From: Isurus oxyrinchus
Lineage: Eukaryota
Direction: 5' to 3'
DNA length: 64,000 nucleotides
Assembly: GCA_026770705.1 (NCBI GenBank)
Contig: JANJGN010000002.1
Span: forward strand, 228,222,001-228,286,000
The notes beneath the pieces were generated by a model that saw only the letters and a list, made by a program, of their open reading frames with translations, did not search any database and was not told where the DNA came from. Below, piece after piece: positions 25,078 to 37,400 of this stretch. The position numbers and the translations under genes were made by a program. Position 1 is the first letter of the stretch; each line of letters opens with the position of its first letter.

Positions 25078-25383
25078 GGGGGGAGGTCTTGTGGTGCACT
25101 GGTAGCATCCCAACCTCTGGGATCAAATCCCATTTCAGGACTTGATAGCCATGGAAAAGTGCATTCATAACGTGCCTAACATGTTGATTATCAACCTATA
25201 AACCCCTGTAACAATATGCCTGATGGCAGGCAGTTTGGCAGGAGAGTTTCCTGGTCAGCCATACTGTTGAAGGCAATGGTAAACCACTGCAGTATTTTGT
25301 CAAGCATAATCATGGACCAATCCAATGGAAGTCCATGGCCGCCAATGCCTTCTTAAGGCATCATGGTACCTGGAGAAGGAAGG
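25078..25383 (+). mobile_element. tRNA-head SINE with RTE/Bov-A-like 3' part
   Basis: Head gtggtgcactggtagc..gatcaaatccc; gaaggcaatggtaaaccactgcagtattttg..catggac at 25269-25317; flanks attcccta/atccccta. Confidence 0.6.
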
Positions 25384-26535
25384 ATCCCCTATCGACCTAT
25401 TGGTAAGATGATATGAAATTAGGTGGAATGCATGAGAGGGCGAGAACCGGGAAAGAGGAGAGAACTTAAGTGAAATAATAAAGGATTAAGAAAGAGATGG
25501 CAGTCAGAATAAAACGCAGGGTGCGAAAGAAACCATATACAGGATAAGATAGACACTACAAGGAAGATAGGGGATAATAAAAATTAGAAAGCTAAAAATC
25601 TGAACTCAAAACCTGAAGCAAGACAGGAACAAATGCTCAAGAAGTGAAAGGAAGTGAAGGAGCATGGTGAACTGGGAGAGCTGGCCAAGGACATACAAAT
25701 GAATAGCAGGTCCACCATTATAAATCATTTTATCAGTCAACTGGGGCCATGCAGAAGTCCTATATACAGCATGATGGTTGTTCAATAAAGATGACCTGCC
25801 TTAGAATCGATGCTTATCGTTGCCCATAAGGGCCAAAGGAATATCCATTGCAAAGTATGAATGCAATTGTGTTAGATGAACACATACTACAAAAGGCATT
25901 GACTTAGAGATATTTATTGATGTGTTTCTTTGAGCTATAAAAGGTGGATTACACGGTACATTTGCAAATACTGGAAATGTACAATGGTCTATCCTCCTCC
26001 ACAGTTTTAATTGCTCGTCATCCATTCAATTCTCACACACACTCAATGTTTAACATGAAACGTTTTGAAAATAGACATAAGTTTGTGTCAGCAAGTTTGT
26101 TGGCCAGATGCTTAAGCCACAACAGTAGATGAATTGACAAGTTCTAGCAATTCCATTGGCTAATAGAATGACCACAAGAGTTAAAATTTGGTTGTCAATC
26201 CTATCTCTCTGCAAGAGGCCATATGTGCAATAAGTGACTTCAAGCTGCTTAAACCATTTGGCTGAACTAGCTTTGTAGTTTACTCATCTCCCTGTCCCCA
26301 AGCCAAAGTGATCCATATTTGTACATGGGAGGATAGTGAGTATTCAAATATCCAGGTGATCTTGCTCCCTGTTTCTGTAGATATTGTGATGGCTGCAACA
26401 AGAATAAGTGTTCAACAAGAATGCTTAATGCTGGGTTAACCATTTCGTCTCAGTGAAAGGCAGGTTAAACTCTCAGTCACGCAACAAATCTGCTGCATGC
26501 ATTTACTGATGGTCTCCAAACCTCCAAGCATCAGG

Positions 26536-26600
26536 ATAACCTACTATATAACCTAATATATATAACCTATATATAACCTAATATAACCTATATAACCTAA
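26536..26600. repeat. Imperfect (TATAACCTA)n minisatellite
   Basis: Six TAACCTA units separated by variable AT spacers. Confidence 0.85.
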
Positions 26601-26902
26601 TTCTGTTATATAAATAGAGCATATGTTTTGTGACTTGCCCCATAGCACCTGGCCACCTAGAGCTGAGTGTGGATAAGGGGATATGTTAATGGATTAACAC
26701 TTTGTGGCAAGATAGGCAAACAGCACCCAAGAGGCCATATCCTTTGATTTTACACAGTGCATAAACAGACCATTTACCCCAAAGAGCCTATGCCGGTGTT
26801 TATGCTCCACATGGGTCTCCCTCCAACCCTCTTCATCTACTTGTGGCAACATACTAATCTATACCTTTCTCCCTTTTGTGCTGATCTAGTTTACTCTTAA
26901 AT

Positions 26903-27291
26903 CAGTGATGGGCAACCTAGGCTAGTGGATGGGCCACATGAGTGGCCCTCCTTCATCTCAGTGGGCCGCAAGTTTGAAATCGGGCATGTGCACTAACCAA
27001 TACCCCATGAATAAAAATTTGTGGGGTGTGCCGATTGAACCATAGCAGCACTTTGATTGAATGCAGAGGGAGCACAAGGCTCACACGTTCAATGTTGTGT
27101 GCAATCAGCACGCACCTCACTGGCCTAGCTTCACGTGTGTATCACTTTAGTAATACTGGTAGAAAAAAAAACCAAGCAGCGGAATCTGGCAACCCGGCAC
27201 ATGGGCAATGGCCAAGAAAATGTCTCACGGCCTGCACTCAGAACCCTGATGGGCCGAATGAGGTCTGTGGTCCGCACATTGCCCACCACTG
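26903..27291. mobile_element. hAT-type MITE
   Basis: TIR CAGTGATGGGCAA / TTGCCCACCACTG; 8-bp TSD tcttaaat/ccttaagt. Confidence 0.85.
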
Positions 27292-27329
27292 CCTTAAGTG
27301 TATCGATTCCGATTGCCTCAATTATCCAC

Positions 27330-27935
27330 ACTCCACCCCTAAGCTGGCTGTTGAAATCTTCACCCATGCCTTTATTACCTCCAGACTGGACTATTCCAAC
27401 ACAATCCTGGCTATCGTCCACCCTCCATAAACTTAAGGTCACCCACATCTCTGATGCCTGCACCCTAATTCTCAATAAGTCCTGTTCAGGTATCACCCTG
27501 CTGTACTCACTGACCCACATTGGCTTCTGGTTAAGCACCGCCTTCATTTTAAAATTGTCATCCTTCTTTTCAAATCTCTCCATGGCCTCGGCCTTGCCTA
27601 TATCTGCAAACTTCTCCAACCTTACAACTTACTGAGGTATTTGCGTTCCTACAATTCTTGGCTCTTGCACATCACTGATTTTAATTATTTGATCATTGGT
27701 GACCATGCCCTTAACTTCCAAGACCCTGGCATACGCTCCCTAAATCTCTCCTCCGTGCTACCTCTCTTTTCTCATTTAAGATACTCCTTAAAATCTATCT
27801 CTTTGACCAAGCTTTTGATCATCTACTGGAATATCTCCTTATGTCGCTCGGTGTCAGATGCTGTTTGATAACACTCCTGTGAAGCATATTGGGATGTTTT
27901 GTTGCATCAAAGGTGCTATGTGAATACAAATTGTT
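27330..27935 (+). mobile_element. L2-type LINE 3' fragment
   Basis: FTHAFITSRLDYSN motif; tail tgtgaagc..tgggatg..aaaggtgctat shared with the DeuSINEs. Confidence 0.8.
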
Positions 27936-28786
27936 GATGTTGACCAAGTTCTACATTCTTAGCACCTCTCGGTAAAGAAGTTTCTTTTGAATTTTCCATT
28001 GGATTTATTAGTAATTATCTTACATTTACATGTCCACTTGACCCCACCCCCCCAACTCACAAAGGGAAGCAATCTAGACCACATCTGTCCAACCCAATTT
28101 CATTGCAAACTTTGAAAGAATAGAAAGCAGCCATTGCCATCAGTAACAAGATCCTCTGTCATATATCACATGTCCACCTTCAGAGCTGGTGATGCAACAT
28201 TTTTTAAACTTTAAAATGTTAATTAATTCACGGAACGTAATCATCGCTGGTGAGACCTAACTATCCTTGAGAAAATGGTGAAGAACTGCCTTCCGGAAAC
28301 ATTGATGTTAATGTATCAAGATACATCCATACTGCTGTTAAGTCGGGAGTTCTAGGATTATGACCCAGCAACAATGAACGACCGGCAATAATATTTCCAA
28401 GATTGATTAAGAGGGGAAAAATAGCGTATGAGAGTAAGCTTGCAAGGAGCATAAAAGTGGATTGTAAAAACTTCGACAAGTATGTAAAAAGAAAAAGATT
28501 AGAGAAGACAAATGTAAGTCCCTTACTGTCTGAAAGGGAAGAATTTATAATAGGGAACCAGGAAATGGCAGAGCAATTAAACAACTAATTTAGTTCTGTC
28601 TTCATGGAGAAAGATACAAATAACTTCCCAGAAATGCTAGGAAACCAAGTGAGAAGGTGGAATTGAAGGAAATTAGTATGACTAAAACAATAGTGCTAGA
28701 GAAATTAATGGGACTGGAAGTCGATAAATCCCCAAGGACTGATAATCTACATCCCAGAGTACTTAAGGAGGTGGCCATGGAAATGT

Positions 28787-30257
28787 AAAACAAGAACAAA
28801 AATAAAAATACCTGGAAAAACTCAGCAGGTCTGACAGCATCTGCAGAGAGAAATACAGTTAATGTTTCAAATCCGTATGACTCTTCAACAGAACTAAGGA
28901 AAAATAGAAGAGAGGTGAAATATAAACTGGTTTAAGGGGGTGATGGGACAGGTAGAGCTGGATAGAGGGCCAGTGATAGGTGGAGATTGCCAAAAGATGC
29001 CACAGACAAAAGGACAAAGAGGTGTTGACGGTGGTGATATTATCTAAGAAATGTGCTAATAGGTGACATTAAGGGTAGAAAGCAGGACGAGCAAGGTACA
29101 GATAGCCCTAGTGAGGGTGGGGTGGGCTAAAGGGAAGGGATTGGAATAGGCTAAAAGGTAGAGATAAAACAATGGATAGAAATACATTTAAGAATAATGG
29201 AAATCGGTGGGAAAAGAAAAATCTATATAAGTTATTGGAAAAAAGGGGGATCGGAAAGGGGGTGGGGATGGAGGAGAGAGTTCATGATCTAAAGTTGTTG
29301 AACTCAATATTCAGTCCGGAAGGGTGTAAAGTGCCTAGTCGGAAGATGAGGTGTTGTTCTTCCAGTTTGCGTTGAGCTTCACTGGAACAATGCAGCAGGT
29401 CAAGGACAGACATATGGGCATGAGAGCAGGGTGGAGTGTTGAAATGGCAAGCGACAGGGAGGTCTGGGTCATGCTTGTGGACAGACTGAAGGTGTTCTGC
29501 AAAGCAGTCACCCAGTCTGCGTTTGGTCTCTCTAATGTTGAGGAAACCACATTGGGAGCAGCGAATGCAGTAGACTAAGTTGAGGGAAGTGCAAGTGAAA
29601 TGCTGCTTTATTTGAAAGGAGTGTTTGGGCCCTTGGACGGTGAGGAGAGGGGAAGTAAAGGGGCAGATGTTGCACCTTCTGCGGTTGCATGGGAAGGTGC
29701 CGTGGGAGGGGGTTGAGGTGTAGGGGGTGATGGAGGAGTGGATCACGGTGTCCCGGAGGGAACGATCCCTGCAGAATGCCGCCGGGGGTGTGAAGGGAAG
29801 ATGTGTTTGATGGTGGCATCATGCTGGAGTTGGCGGAAATAGATGATTTTATCTCTACCTTTTAGCCTATTTTGATCCCTTCCCCTCACCCCACCCCAAC
29901 TAGGGCTATCTGTACCTTGCTCGTCCTGCTTTCTACCCTTAATTTCCCCATTAGCACATTTCATAGGTAATATCACCACCGTCATCACCTCTTTGTCCTT
30001 TTGTCTGACATCTTTTGGCAACCTCCATCTATCACTGGCCCTCTATCCAGCTCTACCTGTCCCACCCCCTCTTAAACCAGTTTATATTTCACCTCTCTTC
30101 TATTTTTCCTTAGTTCTGTTGAAGAGTCATATGGACTCAAAACATTAGCTGTATTCCTCTCCGCAGATGCTGTCAGACCTGCTGAGTTTTTCCAGGTATT
30201 TTTATTTTTGTTTTTGTTTTGGATTTCCAGCATCCGCTGTTCTTTGCTTTTATATTA
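28787..30257 (-). mobile_element. Penelope-like retroelement with inverted pseudo-LTRs
   Basis: ~370-bp inverted arms (~28795-29170 and ~29847-30215) around a GIY-YIG ORF; TSD tggccatggaaatgt at 28772-28786 and 30258-30272. Confidence 0.9.
29282..29746 (-). pseudogene. GIY-YIG endonuclease domain (C-terminus of Penelope ORF)
   Basis: PCNRRRCNIC..LVYCIRCSQCGFLNIRETKRRLGDCFAEH..HF..LEEQHLIFRLGTLHPSGLN. The YIG motif has decayed to NIR. Confidence 0.88.
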
Positions 30258-31706
30258 TGGCCATGGAAATGTGTTGGATGTCATCTTCCAAAATTCTGTA
30301 GATTCTGGAACAGTCCCAGCAGATTGGAGGGCGGCAAATGTAACCTCATTATCTAAAAAAGGAGGGAGGGAGAAAACAGTGAATTACAGGCTGGTTAGCT
30401 TAACATCAGTTGTAGTGAAAATGCTAGAGTCTGTTATAAAGGATGTAATAACAGGACACTTAGAAAATATCAGTGGGATTAAACAAAGTCAACGTGGATT
30501 TATGAAAGGGAAATCATGTTTGACAAGCCCACTGGAGTTTTTTGAGGAGGTAACTAGCACAATAGATAAGGGAGAACCAATGGATGTGGTGTACTTAGAT
30601 TTTCAGAAAGCTTTTGATAAAGTCTCACTTAAGACATTAGTGTGTAAAATTAAAGCACATGGGACTAGGGGTAATATCTTGTGAGCGACAAGGAGGGTGT
30701 GAAAGGACTTCAAGGTGGTTCAGACAGGTTGAGTGACTGAGCAAATACATGGCAGATGCAGTATAACATGGTTAAGCGTGAAGTTATCCACTTTGGTAGA
30801 AAAACAGAATAGCAGAGTATTATTTAAACAGTGATAGGTTGGGAAAAGTTGATGTACAAAGAGACGTGGGTGTCCTTGCAAACCAATCATTGAAAGCAAG
30901 CATGCAGGTGCAGCAAGGAGTTAAAAAGGCAAATGGTATGGTGACTTGCATTGGAAGAGGACTTGTATACCGTAAGGATGTCTTACTGCAGTTGTGCAGG
31001 GCCTTGATGAGACCACACCTAGAATCTTGTGTGCAGTTTTGGTCTCCTTACCTAAGATAGGATATACTTGCCATAGAGGGAGTGCAGCGAAGGTTCACCA
31101 GACTGATTCCTGGACAGCAGGATTACCGCATGAGGAGGGGTTGGGCCGACTAGGCCTGTATTCACTGGAGTTTAGAAGAATGAGAGGAGACCTCATTGAA
31201 ACATATAAAATTCTGACAGGCATGGACAGGCTGGATGCAGGGATGATATTTTCTTTCACTGCGGGGGGGTCTACAAAAAGGGGTCACAGGCCCAGGATAC
31301 AGGGTAGGCCACTTAGGACTGAGATGAGGAGAAACTTCTTCACTCAGAGGGTGCTGAAACTATGGAATCTCTACCACAAAAGGCTGTGGAGGCCAAGCCA
31401 CTGAATATATTGAAGAAAGAAATAGATAGATTTCTGGACTATAACGGCATCAAGGGGCAAGGGGGGGGAGCACGAGATAACGGTGTTGAGATAGAGGAGC
31501 AGCCATGATTATATGGAATAACAGAGCAGGCTCGAAGGGCCGAATGACCTACTCTTGCTCCTATTCTCTATCTTCCTATGTTTCTAAGTCAGGAAGGCTT
31601 GAGACTTGGAAAGGAATTTTGGAGTGATGGGGGTTAAAGGGAACAATACTGTTTGTTCAGTGGTGCATAGATTCACCAGTCCCAGCGAGTGTAATTTTTA
31701 CCATAT

Positions 31707-33970
31707 GGGGCTAGATTTCTAACTTTGAGGCAGGTAGCGGGAGTTGAGGAAATGCCCAGTTCGGCCAGCCTGCCTTGGAGAAAGTGCCCGCAAGGGTGGA
31801 TTTCCATTGTGGGGGTGGGTGGTGGTGGGTGTTGGGTCAGCTGACCCAGCAAAAAATTTCGGAGGCAACCACAAGGGCTGCCGGGCACGGAGGTGGGCTG
31901 TTTAAGCGGCCTGACTCTGTGCCGTGGATCTTCATCTCAGTTAAAATAAAAACAGAAAGACCCTCCAGCCCTCACCCCTCACACCCTCTCACTCCCCACA
32001 CATTCCCCGTTCCCATCTATTCCATTTCATGACCCCCACCCAAACCTTTTGGTCCCTCATTCCCCCCCCACCCCCATACCAAGCAACGCCATCTAAGAAC
32101 CCTTATGGCACCTCATGCACCCCTCATTCCAAGCTATGACACTTCCTTGCCTATTCAGTGCAGTTACAGGACTGGCATCCAAGTGGCAAAGTGGAAAATT
32201 GCCCAGGTATGCCCTGTCCACAAAAATCAGGACAAATCCAACCCAGCCAATTGCCATCCCATCAGCCTGCTCTTGATTATCAGGAAAGTAATGGAAGGGG
32301 TCATCAACAGTGCTACCAAGCAGCACTTACTTAGCAATAACCTGCTCACTGATGCCCAGTTTGGATTCCGCCAGGGCCACTCAGCTTCTGACCTCATTAC
32401 AGCCTTGGTTCAAACATGGTCAAAAGAGCTGAATTCCTGACGTGACATGAGAGTGACTGCCCTTGACATTAAGGCAGAATTTGAGTGAGTGTGGCATCAA
32501 TGAGCCTCTGGAAAACTGGAGCCAATGAGGATCGGGGGAAAACTCTTCACTGGTTGGAGTCATACCTAGCAGCAAAGAAGATGGTTGTGATCGTTGGAGG
32601 TCAATCATCGCAATTGTAGGACATCACTGCAGGAGTTCCTCAAGATAGTGTGCTGGACCCAACTATTTTCAGCTGCTTCATCAATGACCTCCATTCCATC
32701 ATAATGTCAGAAATGGGGATGCTCGCTGATGATTGCACAATGTTCAGCACCATTCACAGCTCCTCAGATACTGAAGCAGTCCATGTTCAAATGCAGCAAA
32801 ACCTGGTCAATATCCAGGTTTGGGTTGATAAGTGGCAAGTAACATTTGTGCCACACAAGTGCCAGACAATGACCATCTCCAACAAGAGAGAATCTAACCA
32901 TTGCCCCTTGGCATTCAATGGAATTACCATCACTGAATTCCCCACTATCAACATCCTGGGGGTTACATTAATCAGAAACTGAACCGGACTAGCCATATAA
33001 ATACTGTGACTGCAAGAGCAGGTCAGATCCTAGGAATCCTGTGATGAGTAGCCCACTTCCTGACTCCGCTTGTCCACCATCTACAAGGCACAAGTCAGGA
33101 ATACGAGTGAATACTTTCCATTTTCCTGGATGAGTGCATCTCCAACAACACTCAAGAAGCTTGACACCATCCAGGACAAAGCAATCCAATTGACTGGCAC
33201 CCTATCCACAAACATTCACCCCCTCCACCACCGAGGCACCTTGCCAGCAGGGTATACCATCTACAAGATGCACTGCAGGAATTCACCAAGGCTCCTCAGA
33301 CAGCACCTTCCAAACCCACAACCACTGCCATTTAGAAGGACAAGGGCAGCAGATACGAGAAAGCCACCACCTGGAAGTTCCCCTCCAAGGCACTCACCAT
33401 CCTGATTTGGAACTATATCAAGTTCCTTCTCTGTCGCTGGTTCAAAATCCTGGAATTCCATCCCAGTACTTTGGGTGTACCCACAGCACATGAATTGCAG
33501 TGGTTCAAGAAGGCAGCTCACCACCTTCTTAAGGGCAATTAGGGATGGGCAATAAATGCAGGTCTAGCCAGTGAAGCCTACATCCCACGAATGAATACAA
33601 AAAATTGCCCTCTATACATTATATAGAACCAGTGAATCCTATACTGACAATAGCATGTATAAAACAATCCTTAAGATAAACAGTTATTAATTAATCATTT
33701 TCTTTAGAAAATCACCATTGAAAATGTCAATCATCCAGATTCTTTAATGTTTTAAAGGTTGAAACTGCAAACACTTGAAACTTCTTTATCTTGCAAAAGT
33801 AAATATTGTGATACTGACAGCATAGATCAGAGAGCCAGAGCTGTCAATCAAGCAATGTTTTCTCTGGGGCTAAGGCATTTCAACAGGTTAATGGATTTCT
33901 GGGCTCTCAGCCAAGCCTCATTATGTATTATTGGCTGAGGGCCCACACATCCATTAGAGTGCTAAAACAT
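31707..33970. mobile_element. Unclassified TIR-type element interrupted by LINE A
   Basis: Starts ggggctagattt. The C-rich tract and ctgtcaatcaa motif also occur in 15525-16665. Confidence 0.4.
32155..33604 (+). mobile_element. 5'-truncated LINE family A
   Basis: KWKIAQVCPVHKNQDKSNPAN..DAQFGFRQGHS, LADD and the tail. Confidence 0.92.
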
Positions 33971-33979
33971 TTTTAATAA

Positions 33980-34245
33980 GGTTGGCTGAGTGATAAGTAT
34001 TGGCCAGGACACCATGTACAACTCCCCTGCTCTTCTTAGAAATAGTGCCACGGAATCTTTTACTTCCATCTGGGAGGGCAAACTGAGCTTTGATTTAACA
34101 CCTCATCCAAAGGTGGCACCTCCAACAGTGCAGCAGCCCCCCTGTACTGCAATGGAGTATCAGCCTGTGCTCTGAAGAGGGGCTGTGAATATAAAACCTT
34201 CCAATTCAGAGGTAAATGTGCTATGAACTGACCCAGTACTGACAC
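33980..34245 (-). mobile_element. DeuSINE fragment
   Basis: Deu domain and head in reverse orientation. Confidence 0.75.
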
Positions 34246-34774
34246 AGCACACAATTCTGCTATTGTATGCTGAGTTGTCAAGAAACTGCCAAGAAAGTGC
34301 TTGTGATGCTTTTGTTCTTGAAGATGCCATTTCACATTCAGCCTGTCTGTACAATGTATCTTTGAGAATCATCACACAGCTATATATTTGGCAATGAGGT
34401 AACCTTAGGCTGATTGCTTCAATATTGTCCAAGATAAATCTCCAAGCAAACAGTTGCCTCTTTCTGATTTTTCACCAAATATCACTATCATAGATTAATT
34501 GCTGCCCATTTAGGTGTAACATTGTATCAGTTAAAAGATAATAATCTTATTAATATTAATGATAGGCATAAGAGAACTGGCTCATCTTTAATTATTTATT
34601 GCTTGAGTTCGCAAACAAAACCTGTGAGAAGGTGAACATCTTTACATCATACATTACTATTTTGCTGGACAATTTAAAACATTGGAGTTAAACCTCTGTC
34701 ACTCATCCTCCTTTTAATCTTGACAGCAAAATTCCTTTCCTATCAAATTTCCTAGATAGCTTTATCTCCCTCAG

Positions 34775-35135
34775 ATGTCTTTTATTTCTAAAAGAGATCA
34801 GAGAGTGGGAATAGACAGAGAGAATAGTTTCCAGTTGTGCAGAAGAGGCCATCAATTGAATATAATCCCCAAGACATCATACAAGGAGATCGGGAGAAAT
34901 GTCTTTACCCAGAGAGTGTTGAGAATGTGGACTCCAGTACCACAAGGAGCAGTTGAAGTGAACAGTATTAAAGCATTTAACAGGAAACTAGATAAGCATA
35001 TGAGGGAGAAAAGAATTGAAGATAATTCTGGTAGAGTCAGATTAAGAAAGGATGAAAGAGGCTTGAATTCAGTATAAATGCCGTATGGACTGGTCAGACC
35101 CAGTGGGCTGTTTATGTGCTATAAGTTATAGACAA
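34775..35135 (+). mobile_element. Old CR1 3' fragment
   Basis: RNVFTQRVLRMW..AFNRKLDKHM. Confidence 0.7.
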
Positions 35136-36599
35136 TTATATGAGAAGTTGGGTAGTACAGTAAGGTAGCTCAGTCCCTCTGAGACCTGAGTCCAACTGAA
35201 GGTTTACCCACTCTGGGCAGTCATGGTCAGCTTCCAGTTGACATTAGGCCAAAGCTTCCTGAATTTGCATGTGTTGGCGATTTAATTGATGGTTGCCACA
35301 AGGATGTCTTATGATAAATGTGCTATATAAATGCAAGTTGTTTATACAGAAGGCAGATGCCTTAAGTGACAAAGATGTTCTGTTTACCAACACTCTCAGC
35401 ATCATGTTAATGAGCATAAAATTCACCAAAATTTGATTTGTTTCTAAAGGGTACAATACTTGTGTGTTTTGAATAGTAATCTTGCTGCTCTCCAATTCTT
35501 CCTATGGAATGTCCTTTCAATTAAATGAGTGATACTCTTGCCTTTCCAGAATTGTGGTCATTTTGATAATGCGTAGCAAAGATAGTCTACAGTCAATAAT
35601 GGGTGTAATTTATCTCTGTTCTGTAGGCAGAACCAGGACTACTAAGTGTTGGGCTTGGCTGGAATTTGGAAATATTCTTGCCTGGGGAGCTTGAGGTGTA
35701 TTAGCACACAATAAATTATTTAAATTTATTCTTGGGCTAGGGGTGACATTAATGTGGCAGTATTTATTATCTACCCTTATTGCTCTGAGGACATTAAAAG
35801 CCAAACACATAGAGCGAGGCATGGGTAAACAAACTGGATTTTTATAGCAATTTGGCAGATTTCATAATCATCTTTCCTGATGACAGCCCAGAAGTTACCA
35901 GATTTTTTGACTTAATTTCCACTTTGTGACGTGAACTTCCAGTTTCGCACAATGTAGTTCCACCTCCATTATCACTGTAGCTATGGGAGCTGGATTTTTA
36001 ATCCAGCCTGAGTTGATAAGAAATAAATCTGCTTTCTTCTGCGAAGTAAGACTCATGGACCAGGAAAAGCTGCATAATTTCAGTCCTTCTGACTGGTTGT
36101 CAAGTGCAATGAATATCATCCTCTACCATTTGTACTCTTCCATCAATTTTTTCACCAAGAAATAAGCAGCTCTCCACTGAATTCCCTGTGACCATTCACC
36201 GCTAGTGCCTGCCTGCACAGTCATTTCTATCCCTTGCGTGTAGCTCAATTTTGATTCTCGTTTCTTCTTCTGATTTTTCAGTCCCCACATCCTGATTAAA
36301 AAATTTGCCATGTGTCAAACAACCTTTATTTACTGGTACCACCTGCAATCTTGACTACTACAATAAGCTCTCCCCTGAGCTGCCTTTCATCCAGTGTAAA
36401 CATAAGTGACTTCCATAAATGCTCCTTGTCCCTATAGTCCCCAACATGAATTTATCCTTGTATTCTGTAACCCTCAAAGGCCTAGGATGGAGTTGAGAAC
36501 TAAATAGACAAAGGATAGGGTCATTTTGGTCTTTTTCTCTTTCTACAATTAAATTATTCCTCACATATTTTTCCCCATTTATATTCTCCCCTTCCCAAA

Positions 36600-37400
36600 G
36601 GGTTAATAACCAAAGGACCCAGGCTTAAGATGATTGGCAAAAGAACTAGAAGTGACCTGTGGAGAATTATTTGAATGCAGCGAGTTGTTGTGATCTGGAA
36701 TGTACTGCCTGAAAGGACGCTGAAAGCGATTTCAATAGTAAATTTTGAAAGGGAATTGGATAGATATTTAAAAGGAGAATATTTGAAGGGCGTTGGGGAA
36801 AGGCAGTGAAGTGGGACTAATTGGACAGTTCCTTCAAAGAGTCAGCACGGAAACAATGGCTTTCGACGCTGTGTAATTCTATGATTTCCTCCCTTGTCTT
36901 TCCATTTGTGAAGGTTTTGACAGTATGGGGACCAAGTCTTCCCTGAGTCATTCCTCTTTTATTCCTTTCAGATGCTTTACAAATTGTACAGTTGTTCCTA
37001 ATCTATTCTCTCTGCTTATGCTCACTTTTATTTCAAGTTTACTGTCCCAGAATCACAGAATAGCATAGCACAGAAAGAGGCCATTGGGCCCATTGTGCCT
37101 GTGTCAGCTCTTTGAAAGAGCTATCCAATTAACTCACTAGCTCCCTCCCCATATGCTTCCAATTTTGTTCTCTTCAAGTAAATATCCAATTCTCTGTTGA
37201 GAGCTATTATTGATTCTGATTCCACTACCCTTTCAGGCAGTGCATTCCATTTACTACATCAGTAAAAAAAAATCTCATCTCCCCTCTGGTTGTTTTGCCA
37301 ATTACCTTAGATCTGTGCTCTCCAACTCTCCCACCAGTTGAAACTGTTTCTCCGTATTCCCATTATAAGGAAACCCCTCATAATTTTGAACACCTCACAA
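36600..37400. mobile_element. Two old CR1 3' fragments (36600-36885 on +, 37050-37400 on -)
   Basis: Both resemble the CR1 3' ends at 22835-22990 and 50270-50540. Confidence 0.7.

Larger units (their letters stand above)
28400..31585 (+). mobile_element. CR1 LINE (family B), decayed, interrupted by a Penelope-like element
   Basis: [28 protein letters not shown] and GDLIETYKIL motifs, plus the CR1 tail. Confidence 0.92.

Noticed and set aside
26536-26600. CRISPR-like or telomere-like array
   Set aside because: It is a simple AT-rich slippage repeat with no unique spacers, and it is not TTAGGG.
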